Shown here: positions 14,841 to 26,152 of the stretch, in pieces
Layout of the letters: the number at the start of each line of letters is the position of its first letter
How positions within the stretch are numbered: position 1 is the stretch's first letter
Source of the DNA: Octopus vulgaris
Taxonomy: Eukaryota
Reading direction: 5' to 3'
Length of the DNA stretch: 64,000 nt
Assembly: GCA_951406725.2 (NCBI GenBank)
Contig: OX597819.1
Location: 120,342,001-120,406,000, forward strand
Notes under the pieces: generated by a model
Told to the model about the DNA's origin: nothing
The model's database searches: none
What the model saw: only the letters and a program-made list of their open reading frames with translations
Translations under genes and position numbers: made by a program

Positions 14841-16955
14841 TATCGCCTTAGGTTGACTTAATCTTTTTGATACCAACTTGCTTGAAACTACCCCTGGTTC
14901 TATGATACAAACTTCTTATAACAGTCACTTGTGTAACATACCTAATGAATATACATCATTGAAAGCCATGTCGTGGTTTTTGACAGGGAGAAAATCTCTT
15001 CATAGACGTGTATTAGAAATATAATATAAATCAAAATGAGGTGAACATTGTCTCGGAAGTGACTCACATAAATGTCAGACATGTTTTGATCTAACCCTAA
15101 CCCTTGTTAGACTTTGTCAATGACATGTACCTAGTTACAACACACCTATATGAAATCTGCTTCTGAAATATAGCAAACAGTGGATGGCTGCAACAAGGTG
15201 TGTTTGTGTGTGGAGAGGATTCTTGGAGCGTTGTAAGAATAAATAAATTAAGCTAAGCCTGAAAGCCATGACATCATAAAAGAATCACCCATTACTAACA
15301 TTTATTAAAAGTATTCAGAACACAGAATAACATGTAACAAAAACAATTTGCAAACATATTTACATTCCCATATAACAGTTAAGAACATCACCATTATTGT
15401 ATTACGCATACGCGGAAGTGTTTGTTCGACTAGGTGCTGCTGGCTTAATTATGCACGACTCAAGTTAGAGAAGGGGTGCGTATTATACACCAGGTTTAGG
15501 TTTTTCAGAAGTAGGAAGGGCATCCAGCCGTAGAAACACTGCCAGATTTGACTGGGCCTGATGAAGCCTTCTGGCTTCACAGACCCCAGTAGAACCGTCC
15601 AACCCATGCTAGCATGGAAAACGGACGCTAAACAATGATGATGATGATGACAGCCCCCTAAAAATCCCCTACGTATTATACTCAAGGGCAGATTATACTC
15701 TAGGATTTACAGTATGTCCTGTCTCTACTCATATCTACATTGCTCTAAAAACTGATGTTGTTTATCTCCCCTTTTATGTCCATTAATTTGGCAGTTTGAC
15801 TGTTAAAGATCTTTGAAATAGTGCCAAATTGAAACAAAGACCAGGGTTGCCCTTAAGAGATTAGTTAGACACATTTTAGTCACTGGAATTGGTAAAAATA
15901 TCAGTCAACTTGTTTTTGTGTTTTGGTCTAGTTGGGAGGAAGGGGTATCCACAATGTTTTGATAAGATATTAACAAGGCCTGTCTCTCTCTCTCTTTCTC
16001 ATTCACTCTTGCAACTTGCCCAACCACATCATTTCTTTCTCCTGTCTACTGCATCATTATCATCATCATCATCATTATGCTGTTCTCATACCCACTTTCA
16101 TCACTAACTCATGCACTGCTAGTTATCCACCATTCACAACACTTGCCCTTACTTTGCCCATGCCCCCTATTCTCTTACAATCTTTGTCCTTCTGCCCCAC
16201 TCATTTTCATGCACCTTCTACTTTGATGGTCCACCCTGACACTACATTATCAGTCTTTTAATTGTTTTCCAGCTTCACCAGGTCACTCCCACTCTCTCTC
16301 TTCTAAAATGTGGGTGGTCAGGTAGCTGCTCCACAGTAGGAAACCTGCTCCAGTCCCCTTCTCTCATACTTTTACCCGCTCATTTCCTAACATAAAGCTT
16401 CCCTCTGGAGTTCAAAGCCTCGACTGGTTCTTCATTTCCCCGACACTGGAGGAATGAAAGGGAAAGTTTACCTCAGCAGGATTTGAAACAAAATCACAAC
16501 CAAAATAAACACTGCAAAGCAATTTTTCCAACATCTAACAATTCTGCTTCCTTGCCAACATTTTAAGTAAAAATATCATCACCATCATCATTCAACATGT
16601 TTTTCCAGCTGGTATGGGTTGGATGGCTTGATAGCAGCTAGCAAGCTAGAGAGCTTGCACAAGACTCCAATTGTTGGCTTCAGCATGCTTTTTCAGCCAC
16701 TCTACAGATCATACTGGGTGCCTTTTTTTCATGTGGCACCAGTATGGGTGCTTTGTACATGGCACCTGCACATATTGATGATGATGATGACAACGATGAC
16801 ATCGTTAAAAAAAAGGTTCAAGAGAGGAGGGGAACAGCTGAATACATCAACCTATGTACTTGACTGCTCCCTGAATTTATTGGCACTGGAAGGATGAAAA
16901 GCAAAGTTGATCTTTGCAGGATATAGACCTGGGAATGTACAGGATTATAACTATA

Positions 16956-17336
16956 CTAGCACTATGACCTGGCGTTGCCGAGTCATAGTGCTAGTGCATG
17001 CATATACAGCTGCGTGCATGCACACATACACGCAAGTACTGTCCAAATCTCCGACCAGTCACATACAGCTAGTTGGCATTCAATTGGTGTATCAAGTTTC
17101 GGGCATTTTGATTCGGTTTTGGATAGAAAATTCACAAAAAAGTCACTTCTATTGATTTTTTAATGGCTTTGTGGGTGACTGGGGATATGTAAAGATGTGC
17201 ACAACCACCCTTGGACGGTTTTAAATGACCATAGAAAGTGCGAACCCTCTAAATGAAAAATTGTGGATTTGTATAACGGACACGCACACACACGCAAACA
17301 GACAGACAGACATTTTGCCGTTTATATATATAGAGA
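16956..17336 (-). mobile_element. Non-autonomous Helitron-like element
   Basis: Minus strand A|TCTCTATATATATAAA...GTCTGTCTG...3' hairpin GACTCGGC-AAC-GCCAGGTC...CTAG|T. It has 5'-TC and 3'-CTAG ends, sits between A and T, and has no TSD. Confidence 0.78.
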
Positions 17337-18311
17337 TACTGTACGACTGATTCTACTGCTCTATGCCCTTGTGCTAATAAGGTGTCTTATATGCAAAACC
17401 TTAATGTTTCAGTGGATAAATGTATTACTTTGCAACTATTAGTTCAGAAATAAAGGTTACCAGTTCATATTCAATCCAGAACTATGTACAGTGCATATCT
17501 AGGGATATTACAGATGATGTAAAAAAAAAACATTTGAGTGAGGTTGTTGCCAGTGCCACTGGACTGGCTCCTGGGCAGGTGGCACATAAAAAACAACATT
17601 TGAGCGTGGCTGTTGCCAGTACCACCTGACTGGCCCTCATGCCGGTGGCATGTAAAAGCACCTACTAAACTCTCGGAGTGCTTGGCATTAGGAAGGGCAT
17701 CCAGCCATAAAAACTGCTAGATCAAGATTGGAACCTGGTGCAGCCATCTGGTTTGCCAGTCCTCAGTCAAATCATCCAACCCATGCTAGCATAGAAAGTG
17801 GACGTTAAACGATGATGATGATGATTGACAGGATATTAGAACAAGTGAAAATATCTGGCAAATAATCATCTTAATTTAATGTCCATTTTCCCAGGCTCAC
17901 ATGGGTCAAGCAGAACTTGTCAAGGCAGATTTTTCTACAGCCAAACACTCCTCCAATCTTCTGAGCGCAAGGCAATATTTTCCTGTAGCTAAACATGTTT
18001 TTCAAGCAAGACTTGAAATGAAAAACCTTGCTTGTATGATAGTGATGTTCATTTACAACCATCACACAATGTCTAGACAGGTGTACGTACAAACACTCTT
18101 TTACTCTTTTACTTGTTTCAGTCAGTTGACTGCGGCCATGCTGGAGCACCGCCTTTAGTCGAGCAACTCGACCCCGGGACTTATTCTTTGTAAGCCCAGT
18201 ACTTATTCTATCGGTCTCTTTTGCGGAACCGCTAAGTGACGGGAACATAAACACACCAGCATCGGTTGTCAAGTGATACTGGAGGGACAAACACATACAC
18301 AAACATACACG

Positions 18312-18349
<38 letters not shown>

Positions 18350-18876
18350 TACGACGGGCTTCTTTCAGTTTCCCTCTACCAAATCCACTCACAAGGCTTT
18401 GGTCGGCCCGAGACTATAGTAAAAGACACTTGCCCAAGGTGCCACGCAGTGGGACTGAACCCGGAACCATGTGGTTGGTAAGCAAGCTACTTACCACACA
18501 GCCACTCCTGTTGCATATACATACAACAGGCTTCTTTCAGTTTCCGCCAACCAAATCTACTCATAAGGCTTTGGTCAGCCTAGGACTATAGTACCAAGAT
18601 ATCTGCTCAAGGTAGCTAAACAGTGGGAATGAACCTATGACTAGACAGAAATCAAGCTTCTTAACCACACACCTGCACATGAAAATTTATGTAATAAAAC
18701 CCTACTCAATCACTGGCTGTGTGGTAAGTAGCTTGCTTACCAACCACATGGTTCTGGGTTTATTCCCACTGCGTGGCACCTTGCGCAAGTGTCTTCTACT
18801 ATAGCCTCGGGCTGACCAAAGCCTTGTAAGTGAATTTGGTAGACAGAAACCGAAAGAAGCCCGTTGTATATATGAA

Positions 18877-18913
<37 letters not shown>

Positions 18914-20684
18914 CATCATCATCATCATCATTTAACGTCCGCTTTCCATGCTAGCATGGGTTGGACGGTTCAACTGGGGTCTGGGGAGCCCGAAGGCTGC
19001 ACCAGGCCAGTCAGATCTGGCAGTGTTTCTACAGCTGGATGCCCTTCCTAACGCCAACCACTCCGAGAGTGTAGTGGGTGATTTTATGTGCCACCGACAC
19101 AGGTGCCAGACGAGGCTGGCGAACGGCCACGCTCAAATGGTGTTTTTTTTTTTTTTTTGTGCCACCGACACAGGTGCCATACGAGACTGGCAGACGGCCA
19201 CGCTCGGATGGTGTTTTTATGTGCCACCGACACATATATGTATGTATGTATATGTGCCACCGACACATATATATATGTATGTATATGTGTGTGTGTATAT
19301 GTTTGTGTGTCTGTGTTTGTCCCTCCCAACATTGCTTGACAACTGATGCTGGTGTGTTTACGTCACCGTAACTTAGCAGTTCGGCAAAAGAGACCAATAG
19401 ATTAAGTACTAGGATTACAAAAAATAAGTCCTGGGGTCGCTTTGCTCGACTAAGAGCGGTACTCCAGCATGGCCACAGTCAAATGACTGAAACAAGTAAA
19501 AGAGTAATCCAAAAAATAATAACTTCATTATCAACAATTATCTCACATATTTAACTCTTTAGCACTCAGACTATTCTGTCAAATATAATACTTAATTATA
19601 ACGGCGACATAAACACACCAGCATCGGTTGTCAAGCAATGCTAGGGGGGACAAACACAGACACACAAACGCATATATATATATACATATATACGACGGGC
19701 TTCTTTCAGTTTCCGTCTACCAAATCCACTCACAAGGCTTTGGTCAGCCCGAGACTATAGTAGAAGACACTTGCCGAAGGTGCCACGCAGTGGGACTGAA
19801 CCCAGAACCATATGGTTGGTAAACAAGCTACTTACCACACAGCCACTCCTGTGCCTATAGTGTGCTTGTATATTTTCAGAATGACATTGTAGGATAGGTG
19901 AGTGGTTGGATTTGGTCAGTTTGGACTTAAAACAGGTAGAATATTTGCACCAGATGTAACTGGATCAAATAACAAAGAGTTAATTCATCTAAAGTTCAAA
20001 TAAGTTTCCCACTAACACATAAGTGCATCTAATTAAAATATCTTAAATATTTACCTGCAAAAGGTAATATAGTAATCTTTTGACTATGGCAGGCGTTACG
20101 TTCCGAAACCTCTCACAAAAATAATTAAAATCTAAAAAAATGTAAATACCAATCGGCTGCAGAAACACGCGATATACTGAGGAGTCTCTTTTACTCTCTC
20201 TTTTACTTGTTTCAGTCATTTGACTGTGGCCATGCTGGAGCACCGCCTTTAGTCGAGCAACTCGACCCTGGGACTTATTCTTTGTAAGCCCAGTACTTAT
20301 TCTATCGGTCACTTTTGCCGAACCGCTAAGTGATGGCGACGTAAACACACCAGTATCGGTTGTCAAGCAATGCTAGGGTCCCAAACACAGACACACAAAC
20401 ATATATATATACATATATACGACAGGCTTCTTTCAGTTTCCGTCTACCAAATCCACTCACAAGGCATTGGTCGGCCCGGGGCTATAGTAGAAGACACTTG
20501 CCCAAGATGCCACGCAGTGGGACTGAACCTGGAACCATGTGGCTGGTTAGCAAGCTACTTACCACACAGCCACTCCTGCTATATAAATACATATATTAGC
20601 CAGGAAAATCTGCCGCATGTACTGAGTGTGCGATAGGTGAACCGTGATATGGTGACAGATAGCTGTACAATGGCTTTTACTGAT

Positions 20685-20971
20685 ATTGTTCATTATTTAC
20701 ATTTGAAGGATATTTGCCCTCATCTTGTTTGTTGTTAACACAACGTTTCGGCTGATATACCTTCCAGCCTTCATCAGGTGTCTTGAGGAAATTTCGAACC
20801 TGGGTCCTCTTTCCTAAGGTATTTTTCGATATTATGATTATTATTGTTGTTATTGTTCAGGTCACTGCTTGGAATCGAACTCGGAATCTTGGGGTTAGTA
20901 GCCCATGCTCTTAACCACTTCGTCATATGCCTGTGGGCCTATGGCATAGTGGTTAAAAGTGCGGGCTACTA
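20685..20971 (-). mobile_element. tRNA-headed, hammerhead-containing short retroelement with an inverted partial head copy
   Basis: Minus strand from 20931: GGCATATGACGAAGTGGTTAAG (A-box-like), GGGCTACTAACCC (anticodon-like arm), GAGTTCGATTCC (B box), then an AAT-rich linker and the hammerhead. An inverted 36-nt head copy at 20936-20971 matches 28/36. Confidence 0.65.
20737..20782 (-). ncRNA. Minimal type-I hammerhead ribozyme motif
   Basis: Minus strand GACAC-CUGAUGA-A-GGCUGG-aagguaua-UCAGCC-GAAAC-GUU-GUGUU. Conserved core CUGANGA/GAAA/NUH, stem II GGCUGG:UCAGCC, stem I GACAC:GUGUU and palindromic loopless stem III (AACGUU). Confidence 0.8.
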
Positions 20972-21314
20972 TGGTGCCACACTAATGACCGAAACAAGTA
21001 AAATCATCATCAACATCATCATCATTTAACATCTGCCTTCCATACTGGCATGGGTTGGATGGTTTGACATGAGCTGGCCAGGCAGGAGCCTGCACCAGAT
21101 TTCCATGTCTATTTTTGTAGGGTTTTTACAGCTGGATGCCACTCCTAATGCCAACCACCCAGCAGAGTGGACTATGAGACAGAGAGATGACCAAGCTTTG
21201 CAGAGCGGCTTTACTCTGCGTGCTTTAGCTTCATTACTATGGCAACAATCTGGATACTTATCAATACATCTGATCAATAAGTATCCAGAAAGAGGCATGT
21301 GTATACACATATGC

Positions 21315-21348
<34 letters not shown>

Positions 21349-21663
21349 ATAGGAGTACTCACATGCGCATTTTCAAGATTCCATTTTTTATTGACATGTA
21401 ACTCTATGAAGTTTATTTGATATTAAGTAGCAGCTTTTGATTCCATGATTATAAATACATTCAAAAAGACACGAATCAAGCCATTTATGTCCTGATCTTA
21501 ATAAATGAAGGTCACAGCAGTGCTAGTCTTAATTGTCCTGGGTGAAAGCATATGTCATTTCGCCTTCCGCAAATGAAATGTTAGTAGCATTAACTAATGT
21601 ATCAACTTGGGTATAAACATTTTTCAAATACTTTGTTACTGTACTACTAATGATATATATTAC

Positions 21664-22364
21664 ATCATCATCATCGTTTAACGTCCGTTTTCCATGCTAG
21701 CATGAGTTGGACAGTTCGACCAGGGTCTGAAAAGTCAGGATGCTGCACCAGGCTCTAGTCTGATCTGGCAGTGTTTCTACAGCTGGATGCCCTTCCTAAC
21801 ACTAACCACTCCATGAGTGTAGTGGGTGCTTTTTATGTTCCACTGGCACAGGTGCCAGGGGAGGCTGGCAACGGCCACGGTTGGTTGGTGGTTTTTACAT
21901 GCCACTGGCATGAATGGCAGTCAAGACAGCGCTGGCATCGGCCACGTTCAGATGGTGCTTTTTACATGCCACCAGTACAGGTATCACAACTACAATTTCC
22001 ATTTGATTTTTTGATGTTGATGTACTTGACTCAATAGGTCTCCTCAAGCACAGCAGGTCGCCCTATGATCCAAGGTAAGTACAGCAGGCTGTCCTGTGAT
22101 CCAAGGTACTTTGGATGGGTTGGGGCTACTATGCAGGAAACAGCCATGGTGCAGGAAACAGCCATGAACTCATGTTATTTGTCGGGTCTTTGCAGTCACA
22201 GCATATCTCCAGAGGTTTCGGTCTTTCGTCATTGCCTCTGTGAGGCCCAACATTCAAAGGTCATGATTGACCACCTCATCCCATGTCTTACTGGGTCTAC
22301 CCCTACCCTGGATTCCTTCAACTGCTTGGGAGTGGCACTTCTTCACACATCTTTCCTCATCCAT
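21664..22364 (-). mobile_element. 5'-truncated RTE-clade LINE: ORF C-terminus plus a 3'UTR equal to repeat family C
   Basis: 22170-22364 translates to MDEERCVKKCHSQAVEGIQGRGRPSKTWDEVVNHDL*MLGLTEAMTKDRNLWRYAV..., with the RTE-type GRPxxxW and DRxxWR motifs. It runs directly into the abundant repeat ending AGGAAGGGCATCCAGCTGTAGAAA...GGACGTTAAAC(GAT)n. Confidence 0.85.
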
Positions 22365-24042
22365 ATATTACCATTGTTTTAGTTAATTTTGAAAACGAAG
22401 AAGAACTTAATGAAACAACTATCGTTATTAAGCTGGTGTTTCAAACACAAATTAACATGGAAATTTTCCTGAAAGGTTTTGATTTAAATCACTTTCATCC
22501 TTTTACAGCCATATTTCAGTTGACATTCATTACTTTCATTTCAATCAATTTTGGAAACAATAACGAATTTAGTACAATAACTGCCATTATTAAGCAAGTT
22601 TTAATTCTTCTTTCAATTCTTCAATGCATAATTGTTATGTGACCAATTTTTCATTTGTTTTACAAAGTTCTTTGCATTTTTATTGAACTATGTATATGTG
22701 TATATGTTTGTATGTCTGTGTTTGTCCACCCAACATCGCTTGACAACTGATGCTGGTGTGTTTACGTCCCCGTAACTTAGCGGTTCAGCAAAAGAAACCG
22801 ATAGAATAAGTACTAGGCTTACAAAGAATAAGTCCTGGGGTTGATTTGCTCGACTAATGGCAGTGCTCCAGCATGGCCACAGTCAAATGACTGAAACAAG
22901 TAAAAGAGTAAGGAAGGTCCTTTGAGCTGTTAAGGTTAGTTATTAGGGGCATTCAAGGCAGTTCTTCATAATATGGCCTGCTTTGCCACCTTCACAGGTG
23001 GTTGGGCCAGTGTTGTGCACCACTGATCATAGCAACTTTTTATTGTCCAGTTTTAATTCTCAAGTGATTGAGTGTCTTCAAGTGAATCCATGGTGCTTCT
23101 GCACCAAGAGAGAAGTCTTCAGCAAGAGGAGGGATTTTTGTGTTAATTGGAAGAGGGTTGTTCTCCAGTTTTTCCATCCACAGCTGCAGATTTTAATTTA
23201 GATTACTTTATAACAAGTCATAGAGGTGGTCTCAGGTGGGTTGTTATCAAAAGGTTAACATTGAAAATCAATACTTAGATTAATACTTTTCTAATGATAG
23301 AAATGGAATGTCCATCATACAAAAGAGGGGCCTCTATACAGTCGATTGATTTGCAGTTGTATCACCCTCAAATCACACCTTTATCATCATCATCGTTTAA
23401 CGTCCGCTTTCCATGCTTGCATGGGCCGGATGGTTTGACTGTGGGCTGGCGAACCAGAAGGCTGCGCCAGGCTTCAGTCTTGATCTGGCAGTGTTTCTAC
23501 AGCTGGATGCCCTTCCTAACGCCAACCACTCCGTGAGTGTAGTGGGTGCTTTTTACGTACCAGGCGAGGCTGGCAACGGCCACGATCGGTTGATGCTTTT
23601 TACATGCCACCGGCATGGAGGCCAGTCGGGGCGGCGCTGGCAACAGCCACTTTCGGATGGTTCTTTTACGTGCCACCAGCACTGGTATCACAACTACAAT
23701 TTCCATTGATTTTTGAGCGATTTCGATTTCAATTCCGATTTCAGTAATGACTGGCCACAGGTTGGCTCAATCAGAGTTAGACACCAGCAACAAAAAGTAA
23801 AACTTACACCAGCAAGAATGAATATAAAAACAGCGAAAGAAGCTCCTAGATTATTCTTTATATCTACAGGTTTTGCTCTGTTTAACTCTTTTGATACGAA
23901 CCCGCACAAGAAAGCACTTGGTTCGATTTCCATCAAGTTTCATATTAATCTGTGTTCCTGACATCAGCCAAAAGTTATTGTACAAACGCTTCCTTATTTG
24001 CAAAACGAATTGAAACAAAAGAAAATGTATTTCAAGAGAAAT

Positions 24043-24560
24043 CATCATCATCATCATTGTCGTCGTTTAACGTCCGCTTTCCATGCTAGCATGGGTTGAA
24101 CGGTTTGACTGTGGGCTGGCGAACCAGATGGCTGCACCAGGCTCCAATCTTGATCTGGCAGAGTTTCTACAGCTGGATGCCCTTCCTAATGCCAACCACT
24201 CCGAGAATGTAGTGGGTGCTTTTTACGTGCCATTAGCACGGGGGCCAGTCTGGCGGTACTGGCAACAACCTTGCTCGAATTTTTTACACATGCCAACAGC
24301 ACAGGTGCCAGTAAGGCGATGCTGGTAACGATACCGCTCGAATGGTGCCTCCTACATGCCACCAGCACGGAAGCCAGTTAGCCGCTCTGGCAACGATCAC
24401 ACTCGGATGGTGCTCTTAGCACCCTACTAGCACGGGCCACAAGTGCCAGTAAGGCAAGGCTGGCAACGATCACACTCGAATGGTGCTTTTTATGTGTCAC
24501 TGGCACGGAAGCCGGTTAGTTGCTCTGTCAATGATCATGCTCGTATGGTGCTCGTGCCCG
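24043..24560 (-). mobile_element. Repeat family C (RTE 3'UTR-derived) with a variable internal ~55-60-bp tandem array (representative copy)
   Basis: (GAT)n tail and internal units of type GGCAACGRYCACRCTCGRATGGTGCTTTTTAYGTGCCACYGGCAC. Copies at about 4580-4750, 8255-8660, 15512-15650, 17520-17825, 18912-19265, 21005-21170, 23384-23735, 28099-28470, 30543-30985, 38636-39000, 39213-39652, 41843-42190, 43024-43200, 45476-45820, 46621-46935, 60980-61270. Confidence 0.85.
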
Positions 24561-25742
24561 TGAGTTACTAGGTAAATATGTCATTACTAATCCATCTTTT
24601 TGTATCACTATCAATAAATTTTAATCTAATTATCAAACTAATATTTTTAGCAACAAATTGGAGTTGGAAATGACATGAGTGAAACAAATGAGGTGTCACC
24701 ACTCTCCCTTTATGTCACCCATGTAATTAAGCTGTTTGTCAGTCTAGTTAAATTGTAATCAAATCAAATCATTAAGGCATAAAGATGCTTGTTTTCAATA
24801 TGGGTTTCCTGCTGAGACCATGTGGTAGAGCAGTCATTACACTGAGGTGTTAATTCAAGTCTCAATTAATACATTTCAGTTTTTTTTACATGCACAGGAG
24901 TGGCTGTGTGGTAAGTAGCTTGCTTACCAACCACATGGTTCCGGGTTCATTCCCACTACGTGGCACCTTGGGCTGACCAAATCTTTGAGAGTGGATCTGG
25001 TAGACGGAAACTGAAAGAAGCCCATCATATATATGTATATATGCATGTGTGTGTATATGCTTGTGTGTGTCTGTGTTTGTCCCCAACATCGCTTGACAAT
25101 CGATGCTGGTGTGTTTACGTCCCTGTAACTTAGCGGTTCGGCAAAAGAAACTGATAGAATAAGTACTAGGCTTCCAAAGAGTAAGTCCTGGGGTCGATAT
25201 GCTCAACTAAAGGCGGTGCTCCAGCATAGCTGCAGTCAAATGACTGAAACAAGTAAAAGAGTAAAAGAGAGTATGCACTCTATAAATCTATTTAAAATGT
25301 GTTATGTCGTGTGTGTGTCCCCTTAAACACCCCTCACTAGTTGTTGCACTCCTTTGTCATCTTCATGCAGTTTAACACCCTAACAACAGCTTTCACACTT
25401 TTTGCCATGTGGCCCTCTTTCTCAGGTTCCTTCTACTTGTGTAATATGGCAGTTCTTTATCACCCAAATGTCATCCTCCATACGCAAACAGTAGTCTTCT
25501 CTCTAACTTGTAATAGACCCAGTTTTTCTCTGAACACATTTATATTCCATCAACAACCATATTTTTTCAAGCCAAATAAAACTATTGATATGTTAGGTTC
25601 ACATTTAGACTTCTTAACCCTATTTCCGTTCTCAGAAAATTTCCTCTAATTCTTTGATTTCATTATGGCAACAATGTGAGCATACTAGGATTCCCACAGA
25701 TGGCCAGTTTTAAATTCTATTATAACCTGAAGAACAAAAAAA

Positions 25743-26152
25743 GGATCTTTTCGGTTTGAACAGCAGTTTTTAACATAATTTCTAGGTAACTAAAAAAATT
25801 TTAAACTTCGTATACTGGTAGAATGTGTTTATAAAACATCTTTTTCTCTTGGCTTTATTGAGAAAATTCTATAGTTTGTAAGATATTTGTTGTTTTTTTC
25901 TTCAATTTCTGCAATTTCTACCAATCAATGATGTCCACTGAGGTAAAAAAACATTCTGTGCCGTATGAATATGTTCCTCGTTTAAGAAACAGATTGGGTT
26001 TTACATTTGTGAAGAAAAAAAGATACCCTTCCCCCCCACCCCTAACCTTAAAACAGATTGAAATGCAATAGATCGATACTAGGGTCATAATTAGGGGTGA
26101 CAATTTCATATGACACTGCTAGTAAAAACTGCCATTCAAACCAAAAAGATCC
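25743..26152. mobile_element. Same ~415-bp MITE family
   Basis: TIRs present, with TSD-like flanks caaaaaaa/caaaaata. Confidence 0.8.

Noticed and set aside
24186-24560. Regularly spaced ~55-60-bp repeats that superficially resemble a CRISPR array
   Set aside because: The context is eukaryotic, the units are degenerate, the spacers are homologous to each other, there are no cas genes, and the array is part of an RTE 3'UTR.
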